Origin: an uncultured Chroococcidiopsis sp.
GTDB taxonomy: Bacteria; Cyanobacteriota; Cyanobacteriia; Cyanobacteriales; Chroococcidiopsidaceae
NCBI GenBank assembly: GCA_964248365.1
Contig: CAXTYC010000027.1
Coordinates: 8,623 to 72,622, forward strand
Direction: 5' to 3'
Length of the DNA stretch: 64,000 nucleotides
A program made the position numbers and the translations under genes. Below are positions 10,011 through 19,407 of the stretch, piece by piece; position 1 is the first letter of the stretch; every line of letters starts with the position of its first letter. Below the pieces are notes generated by a model. The model did no database searches. It had not been told where the DNA came from and worked only from the letters and a program-made list of their open reading frames with translations.

Positions 10011-11033
10011 ATGGCGATAATCGCGCTTCGAGGGACTGTTGTGCTACGTTCTGCAACTTTAAAGCTGCAATCTGCTCCAATAGCGATTGCAGATAATAAC
10101 AGACTGCGGCTATTTTCTGGCTCAGCAAACATACCTTTATCCCAGGAAGTTGCTCGTTACCTGGGTATAGATTTGGGACCAATGATCCGCAAATCATTTG
10201 CGGATGGTGAAATATATATTCAAATCCAAGAATCTATTAGAGGCTGTGATGTTTACCTAATGCAGCCAACCTGCCATCCAGTGAACGATCACTTGATGGA
10301 ATTAATGATTATGATTGATGCCTGTCGTCGAGCTTCGGCGCGGCAAATTACAGCAGTGCTTCCCTACTATGGTTATGCTAGGGCAGACCGCAAAACAGCA
10401 GGACGAGAGTCAATTACTGCTAAATTGGTGGCAAACCTAATTACCCAAGCAGGGGCAGACCGAGTGATAGCAATGGATTTGCACTCGGCGCAAATCCAGG
10501 GTTATTTTGATATACCGTTTGACCATCCTTACGGTTCACCAGTTTTGATTGATTATCTGGCAAGCAAACAACTGTCTGATATTGTTGTGGTTTCGCCAGA
10601 TGTGGGGGGTGTGGCAAGGGCTAGAGCGTTTGCCAAAAAACTCAATGACGCACCGTTGGCAATTATTGACAAACGTCGTCAGGCTCACAATGTAGCTGAA
10701 GTTTTGAATGTGATTGGTGACGTATCTGGCAAGACAGCAGTATTAGTAGATGACATGATTGATACTGGTGGTACGCTCAGTGAAGGAGCTAGGTTACTGC
10801 GTCAAGAGGGAGCGCGTCAGGTTTACGCTTGTGCTACCCATGCAGTGTTTTCACCCCCAGCAAGTCAAAGGTTATCTAGTGGTTTGTTTGAAGAGGTAAT
10901 AGTAACGAACACAATTCCGGTACCAGAAGAAGTGCGTTTTGAACAGTTAACAGTGCTTTCTGTAGCGAATCTGTTAGGGGAAACTATTTGGCGCGTTCAT
11001 GAGGATAGTTCTGTTAGCAGTATGTTTCGTTAA
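10011..11033 (+). CDS. prs: Ribose-phosphate pyrophosphokinase
   Basis: FADGE, PYYGYARADRK, DLHSAQIQGYF, VSPDVGG, VDDMIDTGGT; start may be GTG near 10041. Confidence 0.97.
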   Translation: MAIIALRGTVVLRSATLKLQSAPIAIADNNRLRLFSGSANIPLSQEVARYLGIDLGPMIRKSFADGEIYIQIQESIRGCDVYLMQPTCHPVNDHLMELMIMIDACRRASARQITAVLPYYGYARADRKTAGRESITAKLVANLITQAGADRVIAMDLHSAQIQGYFDIPFDHPYGSPVLIDYLASKQLSDIVVVSPDVGGVARARAFAKKLNDAPLAIIDKRRQAHNVAEVLNVIGDVSGKTAVLVDDMIDTGGTLSEGARLLRQEGARQVYACATHAVFSPPASQRLSSGLFEEVIVTNTIPVPEEVRFEQLTVLSVANLLGETIWRVHEDSSVSSMFR

Positions 11034-11078
11034 GGCGCCGCAGTTAGAACGTACTACAATACTTTTTTCTCTAGGAAC

Positions 11079-11100
11079 AAAGCCCGTTTATGCGGGCTTT
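11079..11100 (+). terminator. Hairpin after prs, probable terminator
   Basis: aaagcccg-tttatg-cgggcttt. Confidence 0.55.
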
Positions 11101-11142
11101 ATGCTTAATTTAGTTTGTTTGGATCTGCAAAAGGAGAATTCA

Positions 11143-11400
11143 ATGAGTAACCAGTGTACACATCTTAATCAAATCCAAGACGTGACACCCAGCGCCCAAG
11201 GTTGTGAGGAATGTCTAAAAATGGGCGATCGCTGGGTACATCTGCGCGAATGTCTGATTTGCGGTCACGTTGGCTGTTGCGACTCCTCTAAGAACAAACA
11301 CGCTACTAAACACTTCCATGCAACGTCTCATCCGATTGTCAAGTCATTTGAGCCTGGGGAGGACTGGAGATGGTGTTATATCGATCAGAGTTTCATTTAG
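11143..11400 (+). CDS. UBP-type zinc finger protein (85 aa)
   Basis: SD aaggag then ATG 11143; CTH...GCEEC...HLRECLICGHVGCCDSS.NKHATKH...WRWCY. Confidence 0.9.
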   Translation: MSNQCTHLNQIQDVTPSAQGCEECLKMGDRWVHLRECLICGHVGCCDSSKNKHATKHFHATSHPIVKSFEPGEDWRWCYIDQSFI

Positions 11401-11894
11401 TCTGCGATCTGCCACCGCACGAAAGGACGCGAACCAAGTACACTACGAACGCTGAAGCCAGATGGGTTAGCATCAGTGTCTGGTGGTAGCACTACGCGAA
11501 AAAAAACTTTGCCTTCCCGAAAGATAAACTGATAGAGGTGTTCCCCATCACTTTCATCTATAGCCGTACCAATGCAGTCAGCGTAGGCTGTTTTCAGAGG
11601 CGCTTTATAATCAACTAACTTATCACCTGAAGATATTATTTGAGCGCCTTGTGCGATCGCTGAAGTATCCGCAATTACTGTATTCTCTCCACCACCTTCG
11701 TAGTACCGAAACGAAGTCCAAAGTCCAACTGTCTTGGGGCAGTTTCCTGATTGACGTTTTACCTTGAATACAGTATTAGGAGGAGATTTTGGCAACGATG
11801 TCTTGGGTGACTGAGCTAGTGTGGCAGTAGGTGATAAAACAAGCAAACAGAAGAATAAACTAAGTATTGTTGTAAACTGCGTCACAGTCTTCAT
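11397..11894 (-). CDS. Secreted hypothetical protein
   Basis: Signal peptide ending ATLA-Q; two Cys in the mature part. Confidence 0.75.
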   Translation of the reverse strand: MKTVTQFTTILSLFFCLLVLSPTATLAQSPKTSLPKSPPNTVFKVKRQSGNCPKTVGLWTSFRYYEGGGENTVIADTSAIAQGAQIISSGDKLVDYKAPLKTAYADCIGTAIDESDGEHLYQFIFREGKVFFRVVLPPDTDANPSGFSVRSVLGSRPFVRWQIAD

Positions 11895-12070
11895 ATATCA
11901 ATAAGCAACGATCAATTATCGCTGCCATCTTTTGGCAAATGACAGCCCAGGAAGAAAGATGCGTTTTACCACTCCAATAGGAGTGCTATAAGGAGGAGAA
12001 AGGCAAAAAAAGGGCAGCCCCTACAACCGCTATCAATCCAAAATCCGATCCCCCCTGCGCCCTTAAAAAG

Positions 12071-12167
12071 CAATACGGTTCAGTTAAAAGCGATCGATCC
12101 TCAAAGATCCCCCCTAGCCCCCCTTAAAAAGGGGGGTTGGGGGGATCGTCTTATCTGAACCGTATTG
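12071..12167. mobile_element. 97-bp MITE with 18-bp TIRs and 10-bp target duplication (Nezha-like)
   Basis: TIRs caatacggttcagttaaa / cttatctgaaccgtattg (16/18 match); ccttaaaaag at 12061-12070 and 12168-12177. Confidence 0.88.
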
Positions 12168-12307
12168 CCTTAAAAAGGGGGAATCTAAAATCTAAAATCC
12201 CATAGCGAGCGTGTTTTCAGCTACAGTCCAGCAAGCAGCAGTCGTCAAGAATGGTTATTTAGACGACTAATAGGCTTTTTGTGATCAAAGCCTACTGCCC
12301 ATGAAGT

Positions 12308-13996
12308 ATGAAATCTAAAATCATTGTCTGTGGCTTGGATCGTGCTGGTTTAAAAATCTTTTGTTTGCTTAGGCAACAGGGAGCTGCTGTAGTTGGTGTC
12401 AATGATAAACCTGTTCCCGACCAAGAGGATGATATTATTATTGGTGATTTACAGGCAAGTGCTACCTTGCTAGCAGCGGGAATTGGATCGGCAAAAACTT
12501 TGGTGCTGGCTGGATCCGACGAGACACTGAATTTAGCAATTTTGTTGCAAGCGCGGGTACTCAATCCCAAGATTCGCATTATCAACCGCTTGTTTAATAC
12601 TAGTCTGGGCGATCGCCTGGACAAAACTCTAAGCGATCACGTCACTTTAAGCGTTGCTGCTTTAGCAGCTCCTGTCTTTACCTTTGCAGCTTTGGGAACG
12701 AGAGCTATTGGACAACTGCAACTATTTAACCAAACTTGGTCAATTCAAGAAGAACTTATGGATGAAAACCATCCTTGGCAAGGGCGTGCGTTAAATGAAT
12801 TGTGGAACGATCGCACTCGAATGCTAATTTACTATCTACCAGGGCAAGGAAAGGTAGATTTAGTTTCGGCTGTAGTATACGGACAATATTTACAACCAGG
12901 CGATCGCCTAATTATTGCTACTAAACCTCAGTTGCACACGATTCACAAATCTATAATTCGTAAACTGCTCAAGGTAGTATCTAACCTACGCCAATTTCAG
13001 CAACACGCTCAATCAATTGTCGTAGTGACGGCAATCCTGCTATTAACGATTTTCATTGTTACTGTTACCTATCTTTGCGTCAATCTCAACACCTCTATTG
13101 TTGATGCTCTCTATTTTTCCGTAGGCATGATTACGGGTGCTGGTGGAAACGAACAAGTGGCAGAACATACCCCCGACAGCATTAAGTTATTTACAGCAAT
13201 TATGATGCTAGTTGGGGCGGCAATCGTCGGGATTTTCTACGCACTGCTGAATGATTTTGTTTTAGGCACTCGATTGAAACAATTTTGGGATGCAGCCAGA
13301 GTTCCCCAGAGCAATCATTATATTGTCTGTGGACTAGGTAGCATTGGAGTACAGATCGTTAATCAACTCCACGCCAATGGATATGAGGTTGTAGTAATTG
13401 AACCAGATCAGAATAATCGTTTTTTAAACACAATCCGCGCCTTGGGTATTCCTGTAATTCACGGAGATGCTAGCCTACCAGTAACCCTGAAAGCTGCTCA
13501 TATTGACCGAGCATTGGCACTGTTAGCAGTTACTAGTAACGATACAACTAATTTGGAAATCGCACTCAATGGTAAAGGAATATCACCGGAAGTTCCTGCG
13601 ATCGTCCGCTATGAAGATCCTCATTTAGCTAAAATGGCGCAGCAGGTGTTTGAATTTGAGGCAGTGCTAAGCCCTGCCGAACTCGCAGCGCCTGCCTTTG
13701 CCGCTGCTGCACTCGGAGAAAAAATTTTGGGGAATGGGATGACGGCGGATAGTCTTTGGGTAGCCTTAGCTACTTTAATTACACCAGGACATCCTTTTTG
13801 CGGTAGGAGTGTTAAAGAGGCGGCAATGGATACAGACTTTGTGCCGTTGTATATCGAGGCAGCACATCAAACTATTCATGGCTGGAATTTACTAGATGTA
13901 TATCTCCATGAAGGTGATGTTTTGTATTTGACAATACCAGCAGTTGGATTAGAGCAATTATGGCGGGTTGTACCTTCTTCACTGATGGCAAGCTAA
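12308..13996 (+). CDS. Potassium channel family protein with TrkA-N/TrkA-C (RCK) domains
   Basis: Two VCGL Rossmann starts, 2 TM plus pore-like segment ALYFSVGMITGAGG. Confidence 0.88.
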   Translation: MKSKIIVCGLDRAGLKIFCLLRQQGAAVVGVNDKPVPDQEDDIIIGDLQASATLLAAGIGSAKTLVLAGSDETLNLAILLQARVLNPKIRIINRLFNTSLGDRLDKTLSDHVTLSVAALAAPVFTFAALGTRAIGQLQLFNQTWSIQEELMDENHPWQGRALNELWNDRTRMLIYYLPGQGKVDLVSAVVYGQYLQPGDRLIIATKPQLHTIHKSIIRKLLKVVSNLRQFQQHAQSIVVVTAILLLTIFIVTVTYLCVNLNTSIVDALYFSVGMITGAGGNEQVAEHTPDSIKLFTAIMMLVGAAIVGIFYALLNDFVLGTRLKQFWDAARVPQSNHYIVCGLGSIGVQIVNQLHANGYEVVVIEPDQNNRFLNTIRALGIPVIHGDASLPVTLKAAHIDRALALLAVTSNDTTNLEIALNGKGISPEVPAIVRYEDPHLAKMAQQVFEFEAVLSPAELAAPAFAAAALGEKILGNGMTADSLWVALATLITPGHPFCGRSVKEAAMDTDFVPLYIEAAHQTIHGWNLLDVYLHEGDVLYLTIPAVGLEQLWRVVPSSLMAS

Positions 13997-14004
13997 AACT
14001 AGTC

Positions 14005-14097
14005 TGCCACCCATGCCCACCATCAATATATTTGGTGGTGGGCATGGGTGGCATATCATCTTTGAATTTGTATGATAGTGGTGGGCATGGGTGGCAT
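14005..14097. repeat. REP-like cluster (GGTGGGCATGGGTGGCA, inverted and direct copies)
   Basis: Three copies between convergent genes; related copies near 30485-30535 and 41916-41938. Confidence 0.75.
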
Positions 14098-14098
14098 A

Positions 14099-14983
14099 TC
14101 ATCTTCTTGATTTAGTCCCTTCCATCCACTCGATACCTTGCAATAGCTGCTGATGCATGGTCTTTGAATCTGCGTGGTAACGCCGCCCATGACCTGGTAG
14201 TACCCACTCAAACGAGTAGTTAGCTAGTTTGCGCGTTGATTTGATTAATTCAGACCAAGAATACCAGCACACGTCAGGAAAACCTGCTAATTGATTATCT
14301 TCATCGTCCCAAGCGAGATGATCTCCTGTGAATAGAAACTTATTTCTGTAGAGCAAAACTGTGTGACCTTTAGTGTGACCTGGAACTGGGATAATTAATA
14401 AATCCGGTTCAAGTTGATAGGGTTCTAAGCCTGTTAATTTGATTTCTACATTGCGAGTACCACTAGAAATTTCATCAATGTGGAGAATGCGATCGCACCC
14501 AAAATGCTCAGCATATTTTTGATGATCTGCTACATCATCTCTATGGGTTAAATAAAGATAACGAATTCCGCCCATCTCCTCTATTCTCTTAACTAAAGGT
14601 GGAGTAAAGCGAGGAGAATCAACTAAAACATTGCCTTCTGGTCGTACAATTAAGTAGCTAGCAGCACCGTAGGAATTTTCTGCATGATAGCCGCAGTGGT
14701 AAACATTTTCGTCTACCAAAATCGGAAAACTTTCTTGAGCAGATTTGATATCTTTTGGCTTTTCTAGTGTACCAATAGAAGCCGTTGGACAAGCCAGTAG
14801 TGCTTGGAGCGATCGCAATCTTTCTGTTTCATTTTGTGGCTGATGATAAACCACCGACTGTTCATCAACACGACTGAATACTTCTGGTGTCATCCAGCGG
14901 CAAGTATCACAATCAATACAGGTAGTATCGACATAAAAATTGCCACTAACATTTTCCGAGCGACGCAAATTTAACTTAGCCAT
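14099..14983 (-). CDS. MBL-fold hydrolase with N-terminal ferredoxin-like domain
   Basis: CIDCDTC...CP; THRDD, PGHTKGH, FTGDH, LPGHG. Confidence 0.9.
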   Translation of the reverse strand: MAKLNLRRSENVSGNFYVDTTCIDCDTCRWMTPEVFSRVDEQSVVYHQPQNETERLRSLQALLACPTASIGTLEKPKDIKSAQESFPILVDENVYHCGYHAENSYGAASYLIVRPEGNVLVDSPRFTPPLVKRIEEMGGIRYLYLTHRDDVADHQKYAEHFGCDRILHIDEISSGTRNVEIKLTGLEPYQLEPDLLIIPVPGHTKGHTVLLYRNKFLFTGDHLAWDDEDNQLAGFPDVCWYSWSELIKSTRKLANYSFEWVLPGHGRRYHADSKTMHQQLLQGIEWMEGTKSRR

Positions 14984-15084
14984 ATTAAACTCCTTTCCAC
15001 CCAGCCCCAGCTAGGTGCAAAAAATCTTATATTTCTACGCTAGCGCAGTTAATATTAATTAATTTTCTTGACTAAATTGCTTGC

Positions 15085-15981
15085 TTATGATAATAAATGA
15101 AGCGCTTTGATTAAACCATGACAGACACCAGTCAGAAAGTCTAGATCGAGGGTTTCAATGCGATCGCTTGCCTTATGGTAATGGGGATTTCGCAAAAAAG
15201 CTGTATCCGTCACCATAATCGCCCAATAACCACGATCCCAAAATGGTGAATGATCGCTCAGTCGTGTTGAGGGCACAATCATACCTCTATTTGGGACTGG
15301 TAGCCACTCGCTAGCTACTCCTACTTTACGAATATTGCGGCTAAGACTAATTAAGTCTGGAATTGTGGATAAATTGCCAATCAAAGCAATAAAATCGCCT
15401 CGATTGGGGTAAAAACGTTCTAATGGGGATGGATAGCGTTGTGAACCAGGGGTAGAGTCAGAATATCCCAACATTTCTAGAGATATCATCAAGCGTAGCG
15501 GCTGCTGTTGTTGTCGTAAAAGAGTTGCATACGCAGCACTACCCAGCATTCCATATTCTTCCAGATCAAAGGCAACTAATCTCAGTGGGTATTTTGCTGG
15601 TTTAGATGCGAATATTCTTGCTAATTCCAGTAATGCTGCTACACCAGTAGCATTATCATCTGCGCCTGGTGTTCCTGGGGCTGCATCATAATGAGCGCCA
15701 ATTAAAATAGGTGACGATTCCCCCTTTCCTTCCTGATTAAGGGAGGGAAGATTCAGAATTAAGTTTTGATAGGTTTTTCCTCCTACCTCAAATTCATGGG
15801 TTTCTACATTTCCCCATTGTGATAGCTGTTGCTGAATATATTGTTTGACAAAGAAATGTCCCCCTGTAGATAAGTAGGGGTCGCGATCGCGTACTATTTG
15901 CCTCAGATGATTGTGTAAGCGTTGTTTAAGATCCAAGGTGTGGTTCTTTTTGACGAGTACTAATTCAATGCTAGATGACAT
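15085..15981 (-). CDS. M28 family peptidase
   Basis: GAHYD, GADDNATG, FDLEE, SLEMLG, SDHSPF, PHYH. Confidence 0.92.
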   Translation of the reverse strand: MSSSIELVLVKKNHTLDLKQRLHNHLRQIVRDRDPYLSTGGHFFVKQYIQQQLSQWGNVETHEFEVGGKTYQNLILNLPSLNQEGKGESSPILIGAHYDAAPGTPGADDNATGVAALLELARIFASKPAKYPLRLVAFDLEEYGMLGSAAYATLLRQQQQPLRLMISLEMLGYSDSTPGSQRYPSPLERFYPNRGDFIALIGNLSTIPDLISLSRNIRKVGVASEWLPVPNRGMIVPSTRLSDHSPFWDRGYWAIMVTDTAFLRNPHYHKASDRIETLDLDFLTGVCHGLIKALHLLS

Positions 15982-16418
15982 TCACGTTACAAGTACTATA
16001 GCAATCCTGTTTGAGCTAAGAGCATCACCAGCATTTTCTCAAACAGGACGAATACCTTTTTTTGATGATAATCTGTTCTGGTTTTGGTTCTTAGGACAGC
16101 ACAGCGGTCTTTTACCAAATGTTTTAGAACATCCACTATCTTCAGTGGGATTGTTCTTACCAATTATTTTACGCTATCCTTGCCCTTTAACCTTTAACAT
16201 GAGTGCCGCCATGAGACCTCCTGCACACAAGACAAGAGGTTAATATAATAATTTTTCTTTCTTCTTCCTTTAGATGCTAAATTATCCTTCGTTCTTCTTA
16301 GCGGCTTTGCACGATTCTCCCCATTTAATTGTTTATTAAGAAATTCCTATAAATAAAAATATTCCCCTATATCAAAATAGGGGAAGCGATCACATATCAG
16401 TTATGATGATTGCCTGCA

Positions 16419-16520
16419 CTTTTCCGTCGTAAAAATAATGGCAGCCCTGTATTAGGGTTTACTAGTTCCGTGCGAGAGATCTTTGAAAGAGGGCTGCATT
16501 ATTTTTAGAGGTACACCGGA
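16419..16520. mobile_element. 102-bp hairpin element, copy 1, flanked by 8-bp direct repeat (1 mismatch)
   Basis: Ends shared with 54942-55043; tgcctgca at 16411-16418 and tgcctaca at 16521-16528. Confidence 0.75.
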
Positions 16521-16536
16521 TGCCTACAAGCTAGGG

Positions 16537-16953
16537 CTAATCTACAAAATCTGTGATAATTTCAGGTTGCTCTGGGTTATTTGACATAATTGGACGCTTA
16601 CCATCTATGTCTAAAGTTTCTTCAAATTGAAAGTTATCAGCACTGACAGGGCGCTGACCATCTATTTCCAGGGTAGCTTTTACCTGAAGATGACTAGGAT
16701 CAATTGGACGACTACCAGCTACTTCCAACGTGTCTTCAAACTCAACATTATTAGCAGCAATTGGACGATGACCATCTACGTCTAGGTGATTGTGAACTTG
16801 AAGATCACTCGAAGCAATTGGGCGTTGACCGTCACTGTTGAAAGTTTCTTCAACTTGCAAGTCACTGGGGTCAACTGGACGATGACCATCAATATCAATT
16901 GTTTTATGCGGTTGCTGTTTGCTGGCTGATTGCTTAATTTTGTCTTCGCTCAT
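16537..16953 (-). CDS. Acidic protein of six 19-aa repeats (xxTLxxDGxRPI...LQV)
   Basis: Repeats visible in the translation. Confidence 0.85.
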   Translation of the reverse strand: MSEDKIKQSASKQQPHKTIDIDGHRPVDPSDLQVEETFNSDGQRPIASSDLQVHNHLDVDGHRPIAANNVEFEDTLEVAGSRPIDPSHLQVKATLEIDGQRPVSADNFQFEETLDIDGKRPIMSNNPEQPEIITDFVD

Positions 16954-17048
16954 CTTATAACTATTTGTTAGTGGTTCAATAATAGATACTCTACCTGGTT
17001 ACTGCTTAAACACAAATCTCCTATAAATTTTAGTCTTTACTAATTAAT

Positions 17049-17085
17049 AAAAAATCCCCCACCCCAAGGCAGGGGATTTTCTTTA
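17049..17085 (-). terminator. Probable intrinsic terminator of psaAB
   Basis: aaaatcccc...ggggatttt hairpin with T-run on the minus strand just after the psaB stop. Confidence 0.65.
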
Positions 17086-17117
17086 TTTACCTACACTGCA
17101 AGATTACGGCAATCTCA

Positions 17118-19334
17118 TTAACCGAACTTACCAGCAGTGGAGGCTATCAGGAAGGCGGCGTAGGTGAGGATATAGCCAACCGTGAAGTGAGCTAGACCAG
17201 TCAACCAACCTTGAACGATGGACAGAGCGACTGGCTTGTCTTTCCAGCGAACTAGGTTCGCTAGTGGTGTGCGCTCGTGCGCCCAGACCAGAGTTTCGAT
17301 CAACTCTTGCCAGTAACCACGCCAAGAGATCAAGAACATGAAACCAGTTGCCCAAACTAGGTGTCCAAATAGGAACATCCAGTTCCAGACAGCCAGGTTG
17401 TTCATGCCATAGGGGTTATACCCGTTGATCAGCTGAGCAGAGTACAGCCACAGGTAGTCACGCAGCCAGCCCATGAGGTAAGTAGAGGACTCATTGAACT
17501 GAGCCACGTTGCCTTGCCAAATACCTAGATGCTTCCAGTGCCAGTAGAAAGTTACCCAACCAACAGTGTTAAGCGCCCAGAATATAGACAGGAAGAAGGA
17601 CTGCTCCCAAGCGGAAGTTTGGCAAGTACCGCCACGACCAGGACCATCGCAGGGGAAGGTGAAACCGAAGTCCTTCTTATCCGGCATCAGTTTTGTACCA
17701 CGAGCATCCAAAGCACCCTTGACACAAATCAGGACGGTAGTGTGTATACCTAGCGCAAATGCGTGGTGTACTAGAAAATCTCCAGGACCAATGGTTAAGA
17801 ACAGTGAGTTAGTACCATTGTTAATCGCATCATACCAATTCGGCAGATAGGGAGCGCCAGCTAAGGAAGCAGCACTATCTGGATTGGATAGCAGGGTGTT
17901 GAAACCGTACAGCACTTTACCGTGAGAAGCTTGGACGAACTGAGCGAATACTGGCTCAATTAGGATTTGCTTTTCAGGTGTACCGAAGGCAACTACAACG
18001 TCGTTGTGAACGTACAAACCGAGAGTGTGGAAGCCCAAGAACAGCGACACCCAAGATAAGTGGGAGATAATCGCTTCTTTGTGCCGCAACACGCGGTCAA
18101 GCACATTGCCCTTGTTTTGCTCTGGGTCGTAGTCCCGCACCCAGAAAATCGCAGCGTGGGCGAACGCTCCCACCATAAAGAACACAGCGATGTACTGGTG
18201 GTGGGTGTACAGCGATGCCTGGGTTGTGTAGTCCTGCCCCATGAATGCATAGGGAGGCAGAGCGTACATATGCTGCGCTACCAGGGATAGAGCAGTTCCA
18301 AGCGCTGCCAGGTGTATGGACAACTGGAAGTGCAAGGAGTTGTTATAGGTATCGTACAAACCTTGGTGAGGCAGGTTGAACTGACCTTCGGTTTGAACAC
18401 CAAAGAAGTTTCTAGCGTTCAGCATTTCTTTGATGCTGTGACCAATACCGAAGTTAGTCCGGTACTGATGCCCCGCGATGATGAAGATCACTGCGATCGC
18501 TAGGTGGTGGTGCGCCATATCCGTCAGCCACAAAGATTGTGTCTGTGGATGGAAGCCGCCCAAGAAAGTTAGAATTGCTGTTCCTGAACCTTGAGCTGTA
18601 CCAAATATATGATTTGGTGTGTCAGGGTTGGCAGCGTAAACGCCCCAGTTACCAGAGAAGAAGGGTTGCAATCCATCTGGGTGGGGTAGGGTGGTGAGGA
18701 AGTTATCCCAACCTACGTGCTGTCCGCGAGATTCGGGGATAGCAACGTGAACTAAGTGACCAGTCCAAGCTAGAGAGCTAACACCAAACAAACCTGCTAG
18801 GTGGTGGTTTAGGCGAGGCTCAGCACTCTTAAACCAGGAGAGGCTGGGGCGGAACTTGGGTTGCAGGTGTAGCCAACCAGCGAACAAGAATACTGCCGCT
18901 AATAGTAGCAGGAACACTGCACCCTGATACAGGTCATTGTTTGTCCGCATTCCAATGGTGTACCACCAGTGGTAAACACCAGAGTAAGCGATGTTAACTG
19001 GATAATTTGCGCCCCCTTGGCTAAACGCATCTACTGCTGCTTTACCAAAGTGGGGGTCCCAAATCGCATGAGCGATCGGACGAGTTTGTAAAGGATCTTT
19101 AATCCACTGTTCAAAGTTGCCTTGCCAGGCTACGTGGAACAGGAGGCTAGATGTCCACAGGAAGATGATTGCCACTTGAGCAAAGTGGGTTCCGAAGATC
19201 TTTTGGTAAAGATTCTCTTCGGTCATGCCATCGTGGCTTTCAAAGTCGTGAGCTGTAGCAATCCCGTACCATAACCGACGTGTTGTCGGGTCCTGGGCTA
19301 GGTCTTGGCTAAATCTGGGAAATTTTGTTGCCAT
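17118..19334 (-). CDS. psaB: Photosystem I core protein PsaB
   Basis: [34 protein letters not shown] motif; 738 aa. Confidence 0.99.
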   Translation of the reverse strand: MATKFPRFSQDLAQDPTTRRLWYGIATAHDFESHDGMTEENLYQKIFGTHFAQVAIIFLWTSSLLFHVAWQGNFEQWIKDPLQTRPIAHAIWDPHFGKAAVDAFSQGGANYPVNIAYSGVYHWWYTIGMRTNNDLYQGAVFLLLLAAVFLFAGWLHLQPKFRPSLSWFKSAEPRLNHHLAGLFGVSSLAWTGHLVHVAIPESRGQHVGWDNFLTTLPHPDGLQPFFSGNWGVYAANPDTPNHIFGTAQGSGTAILTFLGGFHPQTQSLWLTDMAHHHLAIAVIFIIAGHQYRTNFGIGHSIKEMLNARNFFGVQTEGQFNLPHQGLYDTYNNSLHFQLSIHLAALGTALSLVAQHMYALPPYAFMGQDYTTQASLYTHHQYIAVFFMVGAFAHAAIFWVRDYDPEQNKGNVLDRVLRHKEAIISHLSWVSLFLGFHTLGLYVHNDVVVAFGTPEKQILIEPVFAQFVQASHGKVLYGFNTLLSNPDSAASLAGAPYLPNWYDAINNGTNSLFLTIGPGDFLVHHAFALGIHTTVLICVKGALDARGTKLMPDKKDFGFTFPCDGPGRGGTCQTSAWEQSFFLSIFWALNTVGWVTFYWHWKHLGIWQGNVAQFNESSTYLMGWLRDYLWLYSAQLINGYNPYGMNNLAVWNWMFLFGHLVWATGFMFLISWRGYWQELIETLVWAHERTPLANLVRWKDKPVALSIVQGWLTGLAHFTVGYILTYAAFLIASTAGKFG

Positions 19335-19407
19335 AGGTTTTCGTGAATCCTCTGACCTTTAGCCATCAGCCATCAGCATAATAACGCCGATCGCTGATGA
19401 CTGAGTG

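Noticed and set aside
15911..16243. 110-aa ORF between the M28 peptidase and the repeat protein
   Set aside because: Overlaps the peptidase start on the opposite strand, has no motifs, and spans a hairpin repeat (16004-16049).
16419..16520. 102-bp element as an integron attC site
   Set aside because: No RYYYAAC/GTTRRRY core boxes, no cassette array or integrase, and flanking 8-bp duplications are not an attC feature.
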